A DNA stretch of 64,000 nt from Acidimicrobiales bacterium (GTDB lineage: Bacteria > Actinomycetota > Acidimicrobiia > Acidimicrobiales > CATQHL01): NCBI GenBank assembly GCA_965209115.1, contig CBDBQD010000002.1, positions 261,042 through 325,041 on the forward strand. Reading direction: 5' to 3'. Numbering within the stretch: position 1 is the stretch's first letter; every line of letters begins with the position of its first letter. This document shows positions 20,323 through 29,900 of this stretch, piece by piece. The notes under the pieces are model-generated. The model worked only from the letters and a program-made list of their open reading frames with translations, made no database searches and was not told the origin of the DNA. The position numbers were made by a program, and so were the translations under genes.

Positions 20323-23300
20323 GTGATCACGGGGCGCGAACGAGTCGGCGGTGTCGCGCTGGTCGTCTGCCTGGCGTCCGCGGCGTGCGCGGGTGGCGGG
20401 GCGGGGGTTCCCGGCGGTGACTCGCCCTCCGGGACCGCGGTGACGGCTCCGGCGGCGGCGTCGGGGGCTCCGGACGCGCCGGCGGGGGGTTCGGAGGTGT
20501 CGCCGGCGCCGCCGGGTGTCTCGTTGCCGGAGGCCGGGGCGGCGGGGCGGGGCGATGGTGGTTTGTTGGACGAGTGCGGGGGTGTGGAGGAGGCGTGCGG
20601 GTTCGTGTCGGTGAGTGTGGGCACTGATGGTGTTTGCGGGTTGCGGGCGGGCGGCGAGGTGGTGTGCTGGGGTGGGCGCGGTCGGGTGTTCTGTGTCGTC
20701 GAGGCCGGTGAGGAACAGGTGTGCACCGATGGTTCGGCGATGGCGCCGGAGGGCGCGTTCGTGGCGGTGGACACCGGTCCGGGTTACTCGTGCGGGGTGC
20801 GTGCGGGCGGCGCGCTGGCGTGCTGGGGGCTGCGTCGGTATGCGCCGGAGAGGTGGTTGTTGCCGCCGCCTGTGGGGGCCTTCAGGGCGGTGAGCGTCGG
20901 CGACGATTCGGCGTGCGGGGTGCGTGTCGGCGGGCGGGTGACGTGCTGGGGCACGACCAGGCGGTACGATCCGGTCGACGGATTGGTGCCGCCGGAGGAT
21001 CTGTTCGTGTCTGTGTCGGTGGACCACAGGTCGTTCTTTGCGTGCGGGGTGCGTGTCGACGGTGCGATCTCGTGTTGGAGCGCGGACGCGGATGCCAGCC
21101 TCCTCGCCGAGTTCCTCCCGAGGGAGTTCCGGTCGACGCGGGAGGGCAGGTTCAGATCGGTGTCGGTGGGGTGGTGGTATGTCTGCGGGATCCGGGTGGA
21201 CGCGACGCTGGAATGTTGGGGGTCTCACGAGTTCGGTGCGCACCTGCCGCCGGAGGGGGAATTCGTGTCGGTGGACGCCGGGACCGGGTTCGCCTGCGGG
21301 GTGCGCGCCGACGGGGAGGTTGTGTGCTGGGGCGTGGAGAATCGTGCGCCGTGCGAGAACCTTACGTGGTGTTTGGGGTGGGATCTGTACCCGGGGTCGG
21401 CGCCGGAGGGTCCGTTCACGTCGGTGAGCGTGTCGCGGGCTGAGTTCTGGTCGGCGACGATCTGCGGGTTGCGCGCGGGCGGCGAGTTGGTGTGCTGGAA
21501 CGAGGAGGCGGTGTTTCATCGCCCGCCGCCGGGGTCGTTCGTGGCGCTGGACGCCGGCGGGGACGAGGCGTGCGGCCCGCGTTCGGGGGGTCGGAGGATT
21601 TGTTGGGATGCGGGCGCCGCGTGCGGTGTGCTCTCGGGCGGGAGTGTGCGGTGTTGGGGCGCGGGCGCGTCGGGGTGGTCGCCGCCGGACGGCGTGTATG
21701 CGTCGGTGAGCGTCGGTTCGGCGCACGCGTGCGGGCTGCTCGCGGGCGGGGAGGTGGCGTGCTGGGGCGACGCGGGGGACGCGCCGCCGGGGGGCGCGTT
21801 CACCGCGGTCAGCGCGGGTACTGACTTCGCGTGCGGTCTGCGCCCCGGCGGGGAGGTGGTGTGTTGGGGGTCGGACGCTCATTGGCGGGCGAGCCCGCCG
21901 CCGGGGCGGTTCGCGTCGATCAGCGCCGCCGGGGGTTTCGCCTGCGGTCTGCGCGCCGACGGCGAGGCGGTGTGCTGGGGCGACGAGAACGCTTCGGCGT
22001 ATCGGTGTCGGCATTCGAAGGCCTGGGTTCTGAGCGATTCGGATCGGTGTCGCAGCGACGGCCGCGGCGGCGGCGTCACGCCGCCCGGACCGTTCGCGTC
22101 GGTCGCGGCCGCGGAGGGGTACGCGTGCGGTCTGCGCGACGGCGGCGAGGTGGTCTGTTGGGGCGACGACCGGGGCGAGCCCAGCCTCGTCCCGCCGGCG
22201 CTGCCGGGCCCGGTCGCGGAGATCACAGCGCACGGGGGAACCCTGTGCGCCCTGCGCGGCGACGGCAGCGTGGACTGCCTCGACGGCGGCGGGCGGTGGC
22301 CCGACAACGATCCGTGGGCGCCGGTCGCTCCGAGCGGGGCGTTCACCTCTGTCGCTGCGGGCCACCTGCACGCCTGCGGGATCCGTCCGGATCAGACGGT
22401 GGAGTGCTGGAGCCCGCGGTGGCCTCCCGGCGCCGGCGTTCCGGACGCCCGCTTCGGCGAACCGCCGCTGATCGTCGAGGCGCCCGACGGCGACAGCGGG
22501 GCGCCTTCGCCGGTCGCGCGTGGAGTCCCCTGGCGGCTGGAATGGGTCTTGGAGGGGCCGCAGGGGCGCTTCGATGCGCTCTCCGTCGAGGCGGACGTGA
22601 CCTGCGGGCGGCGCCTTGAGGGCAGGGTGGAATGCTGGGAACCGACGGTGTATTACAATGCCGAGAGCGCCCTCGACGACCGTGTGCTCGCGGCAGACGC
22701 CGCCTACTGGTCGTCGTGCTTCGTGCACACCGACTGGGCGGGATGCGGTTCGCTCGAACGGTTTCGCGGTCTTTCGATCGAGGGCGCATTCGTCGATGTC
22801 GGCGTGGGACACCTCTTCGCCTGCGCGCTCGGTGCCGGCGGCGATGCGGTCTGCTGGGGGGCGAACCAGTGGGGGCAGTCCTCGCCGAATCCGCCGCCGT
22901 GGATCCCCGGCCCGCCCTACCGCGCCCTCGCCGTCGGTCATTCCCACGCCTGCGCGCTGCGCGCCGGCGGCGACGCGCTCTGCTGGGGCGACGACCGTTG
23001 GGGCCAGACCGACGCGCCCCCCGACTCGATGGTGGCGATCTCAGCAGGCCACCGGCACACCTGCGGACTGCGCAGCGACGGCGAAGCAGTGTGTTGGGGC
23101 GACGATCTGCACGGCCAGACCCGAAGCCCGAAGGGCGCGTTCACCGCGCTCGGCGCCGGGCAGTGGCACACGTGCGGCTTGCGGGTTGACGGCGAGGCAG
23201 TGTGCTGGGGCGACGGCTTCTACGGCGGCGGCCGATACACCGACTTCTTCATCGATCCGCCCGCAGATGCGCCCACCGAGCCGCCGGCGGGTCCGTTCAG

Positions 23301-23376
23301 CTCCCTCGCCGTGGGCGAGTGGCACAGCTGCGCGCTGCGCCCCGACGGCACCGCCGCCTGCTGGCTCAGCTACTGA
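20323..23376 (+). CDS. secreted RCC1-like beta-propeller repeat protein A3 (tandem paralogue)
   Basis: GTG 20323 gives VITGRERVGGVALVVCLASAAC. By eye, roughly 21147-21570 is base-for-base identical to 18001-18424 in A2. Ends CWLSY followed by TGA. Confidence 0.75.
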   Translation: MITGRERVGGVALVVCLASAACAGGGAGVPGGDSPSGTAVTAPAAASGAPDAPAGGSEVSPAPPGVSLPEAGAAGRGDGGLLDECGGVEEACGFVSVSVGTDGVCGLRAGGEVVCWGGRGRVFCVVEAGEEQVCTDGSAMAPEGAFVAVDTGPGYSCGVRAGGALACWGLRRYAPERWLLPPPVGAFRAVSVGDDSACGVRVGGRVTCWGTTRRYDPVDGLVPPEDLFVSVSVDHRSFFACGVRVDGAISCWSADADASLLAEFLPREFRSTREGRFRSVSVGWWYVCGIRVDATLECWGSHEFGAHLPPEGEFVSVDAGTGFACGVRADGEVVCWGVENRAPCENLTWCLGWDLYPGSAPEGPFTSVSVSRAEFWSATICGLRAGGELVCWNEEAVFHRPPPGSFVALDAGGDEACGPRSGGRRICWDAGAACGVLSGGSVRCWGAGASGWSPPDGVYASVSVGSAHACGLLAGGEVACWGDAGDAPPGGAFTAVSAGTDFACGLRPGGEVVCWGSDAHWRASPPPGRFASISAAGGFACGLRADGEAVCWGDENASAYRCRHSKAWVLSDSDRCRSDGRGGGVTPPGPFASVAAAEGYACGLRDGGEVVCWGDDRGEPSLVPPALPGPVAEITAHGGTLCALRGDGSVDCLDGGGRWPDNDPWAPVAPSGAFTSVAAGHLHACGIRPDQTVECWSPRWPPGAGVPDARFGEPPLIVEAPDGDSGAPSPVARGVPWRLEWVLEGPQGRFDALSVEADVTCGRRLEGRVECWEPTVYYNAESALDDRVLAADAAYWSSCFVHTDWAGCGSLERFRGLSIEGAFVDVGVGHLFACALGAGGDAVCWGANQWGQSSPNPPPWIPGPPYRALAVGHSHACALRAGGDALCWGDDRWGQTDAPPDSMVAISAGHRHTCGLRSDGEAVCWGDDLHGQTRSPKGAFTALGAGQWHTCGLRVDGEAVCWGDGFYGGGRYTDFFIDPPADAPTEPPAGPFSSLAVGEWHSCALRPDGTAACWLSY

Positions 23377-23406
23377 ACCCGGACCGGGGACGCGGACGAC
23401 GGGGAC

Positions 23407-23472
23407 ATGCTGGCCGCCGAGTCGGTGGGTTGCTTGGAGTGTTTCGAGGAGGACGGCGAGATGGAGCCGTGA
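23407..23472 (+). other. orphan copy of the conserved acidic CxxC tail (MLAAESVGCLECFEEDGEMEP), in frame with A3 beyond its TGA
   Basis: The codons after TGA 23374-23376 stay in the A3 frame and encode TRTGDADDGDMLAAESVGCLECFEEDGEMEP*. The sequence could also be a 21-codon ORF starting at ATG 23407. Confidence 0.35.
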
Positions 23473-23487
23473 GGCCCGGCGGCGGGG

Positions 23488-23700
23488 TTGCGGGGGTGTG
23501 GAGGAGGCGTGCGGGTTCGTGTCGGGACCACCCCCACCACGGGAAGCGCCACGCTGAGCGTCGCCACGACCGGCGACTCCGCCGACAAGGCCGACGGGTC
23601 GGTGCCCGTGACGCTGAACGCGGACACGGGCTACACGGTGTCCTCGTCCCAGAGCGCGGCCACCGTCGCCGTTGCGGACGACGACGACCCGCCCCGGTGG
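23488..23700 (+). pseudogene. decayed cassette remnant: RCC1 N-terminal fragment fused to a Calx-like fragment
   Basis: GGTGTGGAGGAGGCGTGCGGGTTCGTGTCGG matches the (E)CGGVEEACGFVS(V) segment of A1-A3. TGSATLSVATTGDSADKADGSVPVTLNADTGYTVSSSQSAATVAVADDDD follows. No signal peptide and no repeat body. Confidence 0.4.
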
Positions 23701-23747
23701 GTGCTGATCTGCTGCGGGCCGTCGGCTGTTTCGGGCGCCGGTATCGT

Positions 23748-24320
23748 GTGGCTATCGGGCCCACCTTCGATGTTCGCCACGACGCCCCGCAACTGTCGGC
23801 CGATCATCGCCTCGTGTTGACGATCCTTCGCCGTCGCATCGGCGGCTCGACGGTGCAGGCCCTGGCCGACACGTCCGGCCTTCCGGCGGCAGTCGTGCGG
23901 GAATGCATCGACGCGATGCAAAAGGAGGGCCTGGTCTGCTGTGAGACCGCGCGCCTGCTTTGGGGCTACGGGACCCGTGTGGGCGAAGTGTGGAAGCTGA
24001 GCCTCTCCGAGCGCTGCCTCGACGTGCTCGCGACCCTGCCGCGGCCTGCGGGTGCCCCCGGACCGGCGCCGGAGCGGGTCCCGCCGCAGTTCTGGAGCCT
24101 CTTCAGTTCAGGCACCCATCCCGCGGAACTCTCTCTGCCCGCCGACGCCGTGGCCGTCGCCGGGCGGATGATCGACAGCGAGGACACAGCCGCACGGGCA
24201 TGGGCGTTGAGCAACCTCCCCCTCACGGCGTTGCGGACTCTCCGCACGATGCGCGGCTACGACACCGACCCCGCCGCCGGCCGCATCGACGTCGCGCTGG
24301 CCCACAGAACCGAACCCTGA
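23748..24320 (+). CDS. winged-helix DNA-binding protein, putative AbiEi-like antitoxin
   Basis: wHTH segment LTILRRRIGGSTVQALADTSGLPAAVVRECIDAMQKEGLV. It ends 8 nt before the AbiEii-like gene. The start (GTG 23748) is uncertain. Confidence 0.45.
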   Translation: MAIGPTFDVRHDAPQLSADHRLVLTILRRRIGGSTVQALADTSGLPAAVVRECIDAMQKEGLVCCETARLLWGYGTRVGEVWKLSLSERCLDVLATLPRPAGAPGPAPERVPPQFWSLFSSGTHPAELSLPADAVAVAGRMIDSEDTAARAWALSNLPLTALRTLRTMRGYDTDPAAGRIDVALAHRTEP

Positions 24321-24328
24321 GCGGCGCA

Positions 24329-25069
24329 ATGTCCGGACTCGACGACTGGAGCGACCATCTCAGCGAAGAGATGCGCGAAGTGTGGCCGATGCTCGCCAAG
24401 GCCGTCGGGGGCCTGGACGGCTCTCTCGTCGGCGGCACCGCGCTGGCCATCCACCTGCGCCATCGCGTGTCCTTCGACCTGGACTTCATGACCCTCCGGC
24501 CCTTCAGCGGCCGGCGGATCAGCGCGGCACTGGCCGAACAGACCGAAGACATCGACATCTCGCTGGCCGAAGACGACGCGGTGCACGCCACCCTCTGCGG
24601 CGTCGCGGTGCAGGTGTTCTCCGCCCCACACCGCGGCGACAACCCGGGCTTCGTCCGCAACATCCGGCCACCTGCCCCGATCGCCGGCCTGCCGGTCGCG
24701 TCTCTGCCCGACCTGCTCGCCTCCAAACTCGACGTCATCCTCTACCGCCCGAAGCTCCGCGACTACATCGACCTGAAGGCCATCGACGACGACGGCTCGT
24801 ACTGCCTCGAGGACGGACTCCTGTTCCACATGCACCGCTACGGGACACGACCCTCCAGCCGCGACCTCGCGCGGATCGTGGACCTGCTCGCAGACCCCGG
24901 AACCCTCCAAGAGGACCGGGTCTTCGACGGCGCGCGAGACGCCACGCTCGCTCACCTGAGAACACGAGTGCCCGATCTCCACAATCACCTGCAGCATCTC
25001 CGCGCCACGCACCCAGAACCGCCCGTCGAACGATCAACGCACAGAGAACCGCTCGGCCCCCTCCCGTAG
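24329..25069 (+). CDS. nucleotidyltransferase AbiEii/AbiGii-family toxin (type IV TA)
   Basis: LVGGTALAIHLRHRVSFDLDFMT matches the GGTAL...R.S.DLDF signature of AbiEii. About 246 aa. Confidence 0.7.
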   Translation: MSGLDDWSDHLSEEMREVWPMLAKAVGGLDGSLVGGTALAIHLRHRVSFDLDFMTLRPFSGRRISAALAEQTEDIDISLAEDDAVHATLCGVAVQVFSAPHRGDNPGFVRNIRPPAPIAGLPVASLPDLLASKLDVILYRPKLRDYIDLKAIDDDGSYCLEDGLLFHMHRYGTRPSSRDLARIVDLLADPGTLQEDRVFDGARDATLAHLRTRVPDLHNHLQHLRATHPEPPVERSTHREPLGPLP

Positions 25070-25237
25070 GAGCACTCCGACACCCGGCCGCATCGGCACA
25101 CCGCCGGAACCCCGCCGACAGCCTCGCTTCGTGCGCTGGGCCCAGGAACACCTGACGCCACGGTTCCGGCCGGCCCCGCCCGCAGCCTCCTCGCATACGA
25201 CCACTGACCCTTGGAACTACTCATCTAGGCTGGTGCT

Positions 25238-25648
25238 ATGGCAGTTGTCGCGGTGCCCGGGACGCGGTGGCGTGTGCCGATGACAGCGGCCCGCGCGGTT
25301 GCGGCCTTCGACGTGCCGCGCATTCAGCGGCCGCAGGCCGCGTTGGCGCAGTTCGTGAAGGACTGGAACCGCAGCGCCGGTCCCGCACGCCGGGGCCTCC
25401 TGGCGCCGCCGGGCCCCGGCGGCTCGGCTCGGGCGCTCGCCGCTGTCGCCGCGGTGGCGCACGCGCTGTTGGACCGCGACGGCGGGGCGGTCCCGGCGTG
25501 GGTCGCCGCGGCTCGGGCGAGTGAGGACATCACCACCTGCGGCGCGGCTGTGACCTCGCCCTTCGGCCGGCGGATCGTCGAGAAGTCGCCGCCCAAGTGC
25601 GCCCAGCACCGCGTCTACTTCGACGGGGCGCTGCTGGATCGCCGTTGA
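25238..25648 (+). CDS. hypothetical protein, upstream partner of an NTase-like gene
   Basis: ATG start, reasonable composition, and a stop that overlaps or abuts the next ORF. No motif recognised. Confidence 0.4.
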   Translation: MAVVAVPGTRWRVPMTAARAVAAFDVPRIQRPQAALAQFVKDWNRSAGPARRGLLAPPGPGGSARALAAVAAVAHALLDRDGGAVPAWVAAARASEDITTCGAAVTSPFGRRIVEKSPPKCAQHRVYFDGALLDRR

Positions 25649-25668
25649 GTGGGCTCGCCCGCGGCCCG

Positions 25669-26238
25669 ATGCTGGGGCGCCGCGAACTGCTCGACCTGTT
25701 CGGCGAGCTTGACGCGCTGCTCGCCGGCGACGTCGCCCACGAGTTGCTCGTCGTGGGCGGCGCAGCGATGGCGTTGCGGTGGGAAGGCCGCCTCAGCGAC
25801 GACGTCGATGTCGTCGATGTGCCCATACCGGCGGAGGTCCAGACGGCGGTCAGGGCGTTGGCCGAGGAGCAAGGCCTTTCGCCTGGCTGGCTGAACGCCG
25901 GTGCCGCCGCCTTCGCCCCGAACATGCAAGCCGACGCCACCGTCGTCTATCGCGGTCAGCGGCTCGTGGTCCGCGCCGCCGGCGCCGAGTACCTGCTGGC
26001 CATGAAGCTCCGGGCCTCTCGCGACCAGGACCTCGACGACGCCGTCTTGCTGGCCCGCGCAACCGGCCGCACCACACGCGAGACCCTGTATGAGCTGATC
26101 GCCGAGGGCTACTGGCGAGGAACCATCATCGCCGACCTCGAAGGGTTCGTCGGTGAGGTGCTCGAAGGCCTCGCCGCCGACACCCCGGAACTCGACGCCC
26201 CGTACGGCGCCCCGGAGCCGCCGGGCCTCGACATCTAG
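25669..26238 (+). CDS. DUF6036-like nucleotidyltransferase-fold protein
   Basis: ELLVVGGAAMALRWEGRLSDDVDVVD (NTase-like GG...R.S.D.D) and AEYLLAMKLRASRDQDLDDAVLLA. An alternative TTG start at 25645 overlaps the upstream stop. Confidence 0.55.
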   Translation: MLGRRELLDLFGELDALLAGDVAHELLVVGGAAMALRWEGRLSDDVDVVDVPIPAEVQTAVRALAEEQGLSPGWLNAGAAAFAPNMQADATVVYRGQRLVVRAAGAEYLLAMKLRASRDQDLDDAVLLARATGRTTRETLYELIAEGYWRGTIIADLEGFVGEVLEGLAADTPELDAPYGAPEPPGLDI

Positions 26239-26318
26239 CCGGCCCGCAGCCCCTGGCGGTCCCGCGCGGCTCTCGAACGGCCAGATGTCCGGCGCTCACG
26301 CCCGCGCCGACACGTACT

Positions 26319-26440
26319 TCGCGGCGACGGCAGCGTGGACTGCCTGGACGGCGGCGGCGCATGGACCTACCGGGATCGGTGGTCGCCTGTCGCTCCCGCG
26401 GGGCCCTTCACCGCTGTCACTGCGGGCCACCTGCGCGCCG
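26319..26440 (+). pseudogene. internal fragment of an RCC1-like paralogue
   Basis: It encodes RGDGSVDCLDGGGAWTYRDRWSPVAPAGPFTAVTAGHL. Compare ALRGDGSVDCLDGGGRWPDNDPWAPVAPSGAFTSVAAGHLHACG in A3 (22255-22380). No start, and both ends are truncated. Confidence 0.65.
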
Positions 26441-26444
26441 GGCG

Positions 26445-26809
26445 TCAGGCCCCCATGGCGTGGTAGCCGCCGTCCACGTGCAGGATCTCCCCCGTGGTGG
26501 CGCCCAGCCAGTCCGACAGCAGCAGCACGCACGCCCGCGCCACGGGGTCGGCGTCGTTGACGTCCCAGCCCAGGGGGGAGCGCTGGGTCCAGGCCTCCTC
26601 GAACGCCTCGAAGCCGCGGATCGAGCGGGCCGCCATGGTGCGCACCGGACCTGCCGCGACGAGGTTGACCCGGATGCCCCGGGGGCCGAGGTCGCGGGCC
26701 AGGTAGCGGGCCACCGACTCCAGCGCCGCCTTCGACACGCCCATCCAGTCGTAGACGGGCCACGCCACCGTGGCGTCGAAGTCCAGCGCCACCAGCGACC
26801 CGCCGGCGG
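26445..26809 (-). pseudogene. duplicated 3' fragment of fabI
   Basis: It encodes GGSLVALDFDATVAWPVYDWMGVSKAALESVARYLARDLGPRGIRVNLVAAGPVRTMAARSI...ILHVDGGYHAMGA. This is colinear with residues ~138-258 of the intact gene at 36124-36488. Homology breaks after CCAGCGACCCGCCGG. Confidence 0.85.
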
Positions 26810-26976
26810 TCGGTTGGATCGCCCAGCCCGCCGTAGGGCGTCCCCGGGCCGGCTCGGCGCCCATGGCGGGAGTGCCTTTGTGGTTGGTCGGTGATTCGTG
26901 CTTCTCGAGTGTTGTCTCGGCATCCTCGCACGCCTGCTGCCTGCTAGTTTGGTCGCGGCTCTCGGAGGGGAGGGGC

Positions 26977-29900
26977 GTGGGCGGTTTTGGTTGTCTGCGG
27001 TCGGCGGGTTGGCGTTGTGTCGGCGGGCTCGTGTTGGTGTGCGCGCTGGTGTGCGCCGCGTTTCCGGCGTCGGCGGCCGCGAGGGTCTCCCCGCCGGTTG
27101 CGAGCGGCGTGTTGTCGGGTGTGGATGTGGCGGTGGGGGCGGCGGTGTCGGTGGACGCGTCGGTCGGTTTCTCGGGTTCGGTGGATGCCTATGCGGCGCG
27201 GTCTTCCGACGAGCGTGTGGTGGCGGTGGCGGTGTCGGGCTCGGTGTTGTCGCTTCGCGGCGCGGCGGCGGGGGAGGCGCATGTGACGGTGCAGGCGACG
27301 AATCCCGCGGGGAGCGCGTGGCAGCGGTTCGCGGTGCGGGTCGAGGCGGTGCCGCCGCCGACGCTGCGGGACGCGTTGGGGGACTTGTCGCTGCACGTCG
27401 GCGCGGCGGAGAAGGTGGATCTGGCACCTCTGTTCGCCGGCAGTGTGGCCGCCTACAGCGCCGCGAGCGGCGACGAGGGTGTGGCGTCGGTGGCGGTGTC
27501 GGGTTCGGTGATGTCGGTGACCGGCGTGGGCGCGGGGTCGGCGGCCGTGAGGTACACCGCGACGAACGCCGGCGGCAGCGCCGGCTCGTCGCTGACGGTC
27601 ACCGTGGCCGCCGATCCTCCCGCCGCGCCCACCGTCGCCGGGGCGTTGGCGCCGCGGACGGTGGCGGCGGGATCGGCGGCGGCGGTCGACGTGGCGGCGA
27701 GTTTCGCCGGTGTCGTGGAGTCCTACGAGGCGACGTCGAGCGACGAGAGCAGGCTCACCGTCGCCGTGGCCGGCTCGGTCGTGTCGCTGACCGCTCTCTC
27801 CGCCGGCGCCGTGACCGTGACCGTCTTCGCCGCCAACTCGGCCGGGTCGGCGTCTCAGACGTTCGATGTCGCGGTCGTTTCCGGGTTGGAGGTCGCGGCG
27901 GCCGCGCCGGCGTACTGCCTCACCGGCGAGGGCCGCCCGGTGGTCGTTTCCTCTTCGGCGGCGGGGAGCGCGGCCGGGGCGGGCGCTTCGACTTTGGGCC
28001 GCGAGGGCGTCGCGTCCGTCGAGGTGGCCTACACGGTCAGCGGCGGCCGCGGGCCGTACACCGTCGTCGTCGGCGTCGCCGCGGCGGGCGCCCGCCTGTC
28101 CTTGCCGGCGGAGGGCGTCGGCGCGGTGGAGGTGAGTTGCGCCCGAGCGGGCGTGAACCTCAACGACGTGGCCGCGAGGGCCAACGCCGTCGAGGCGGGC
28201 CCCAAGACCGTCCGCCTCGCGGTCAGAGACGCCGACGGCGCCACCGCCGCCGCCGAAGTCACCTTCACCGTCGCCGAGGACGTCTACACCACCGCCTACA
28301 ACGGCGGCACCATGCGCGCCGGGCGGACCTACGTCATCGGCGACCCCGACGCATGGGCGCTCATAACCCTGCCCGCCGGACTCGACCTACGCTTCGAAGG
28401 CGTCAGCGAGGTGGACGGCGAGTTTGAGGCGGGCTACTTCGTCGACACGGCGTCCGGGTCGCTCGTCGTCCTCGACTGGAACACCGGCGCCGAAGTGCAC
28501 CGCAGCATCTCATCAGCCGCGCCGCCGCGCTCAGCGGGCGATTCCGCAGCAGCGACACGAAACGTCGACTCCCTGTTCGACGCTCTGGGTGCGTCAACGT
28601 CGATCCCTGCTGGTGTTGTTTACGCTGGTAGCGCCGCCGACTTCTCCGGCGATGATTGGCGACCATATGAAGGACTCCCGGCGGATACCAGGGTCATGAT
28701 GCACGAGAGCATGCTCAAGGGCGACCCGCTCACTGTCTGCAACGCCGCCACAGTCGAAGACTTCTATCTTGAGGACTTCAAGCTAAAGAGTCTCGACGGG
28801 ACGCCGGAAGGGGACAAGAAACGTCGCGAACTGCTGAAGGATTTCAATGAGGCATTCGCAGCGGCGGTAAAGGACTGGAATGAGGCCCTATATCGAGAGA
28901 AAGAAAAGGACGGCACTCCCCACAGGGTATTCGATATAGTCTCTCAAACCGGTAACTGCGATGGCGAGAAAGAGACCTCTCTAGACAACGCAGATGTAGA
29001 TATTATAGTCCATAAGCGAACGATGGGCACCGAAAATGTGTGCGACGGAAAGATAGGTAATAAAGCCACCGAGTGCTTTGCGCGCCATCACCTACACGGA
29101 CTGACGTGCAAATACTCACTCGGGTGTGCGAGAGTCGTTATCGAAGGCTTTCCACTACTTATGCAAGCCAACAAGACGTACCATACAATTGTCACAGCAA
29201 GCGATTCCTCGCGATTCAGGTCTACTATTGCGCATGAAATTGGTCATTTCCTAGGTCCCGGTGACTACAAGCAGAGCTGTCCAGTAGATGGAGACCTTAG
29301 CATTAAGACCCTCTACACCTACACGAAGTTGTCAGGCTGCCTTAGTCCACTTGATATGCCTATTGCGGAACGTGATAAGATTGATGTGCATGCTATCTAT
29401 CACCCAGACAAGTTGGTTAATGTGCGTGTCGTTGATGGGGATCTGGTGGGAAGACTGCCTTTGGATGCGGAGAATAATCTCGAGTTGAACGCGCACGTTA
29501 TCGTAGCGTGGAGTCGCCCGATCTCTGGTGGTGACTATTCTTATGTGGGCTCCTTCGTTGTGCACACCACAAGTGGTTCGGGAAGGATGAGAACCACAAC
29601 ACTCAATGAATCGGTCGCTGATGGTTCGTTTGAGATTCCGTTGGGTGGGTTGGATCCGGCGGGGCGGGAGTTCTTGGTGGCGGGCGTGACGCGAGGTGAC
29701 CACTATCGGCTCAAGGACGATCCGGCGCCTTGGACGGCGCACTGGGAGGTGCCTGCGGAGAAGTTGGGGCCGGGGTCTTGGGTGGCGGGTCATGCGTGGA
29801 CGTTGGGCGACCCCGCGACGCTCGCGGTGCCCGGGGCGGCACCGGGGCCGCAGCCGCCGCCGCAGCCGCCGCCTCCTCCCCCCTTGGTGGATCCGCCGGT

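Noticed and set aside
23374-23376. Selenocysteine or recoded TGA at the two in-frame stops (23374 and 34479)
   Set aside because: I see no convincing SECIS-like hairpin immediately downstream and no sel genes in the window. One TGA aligns with Gly and the other with Trp, not Cys. Both are kept only as readthrough or pseudogene questions in the findings.
26770-26976. Upstream extension of protein B (ORF start 26770)
   Set aside because: It overlaps the fabI fragment and the duplication junction. The homologous gene A starts at the position equivalent to GTG 26977, which also has a strong RBS.
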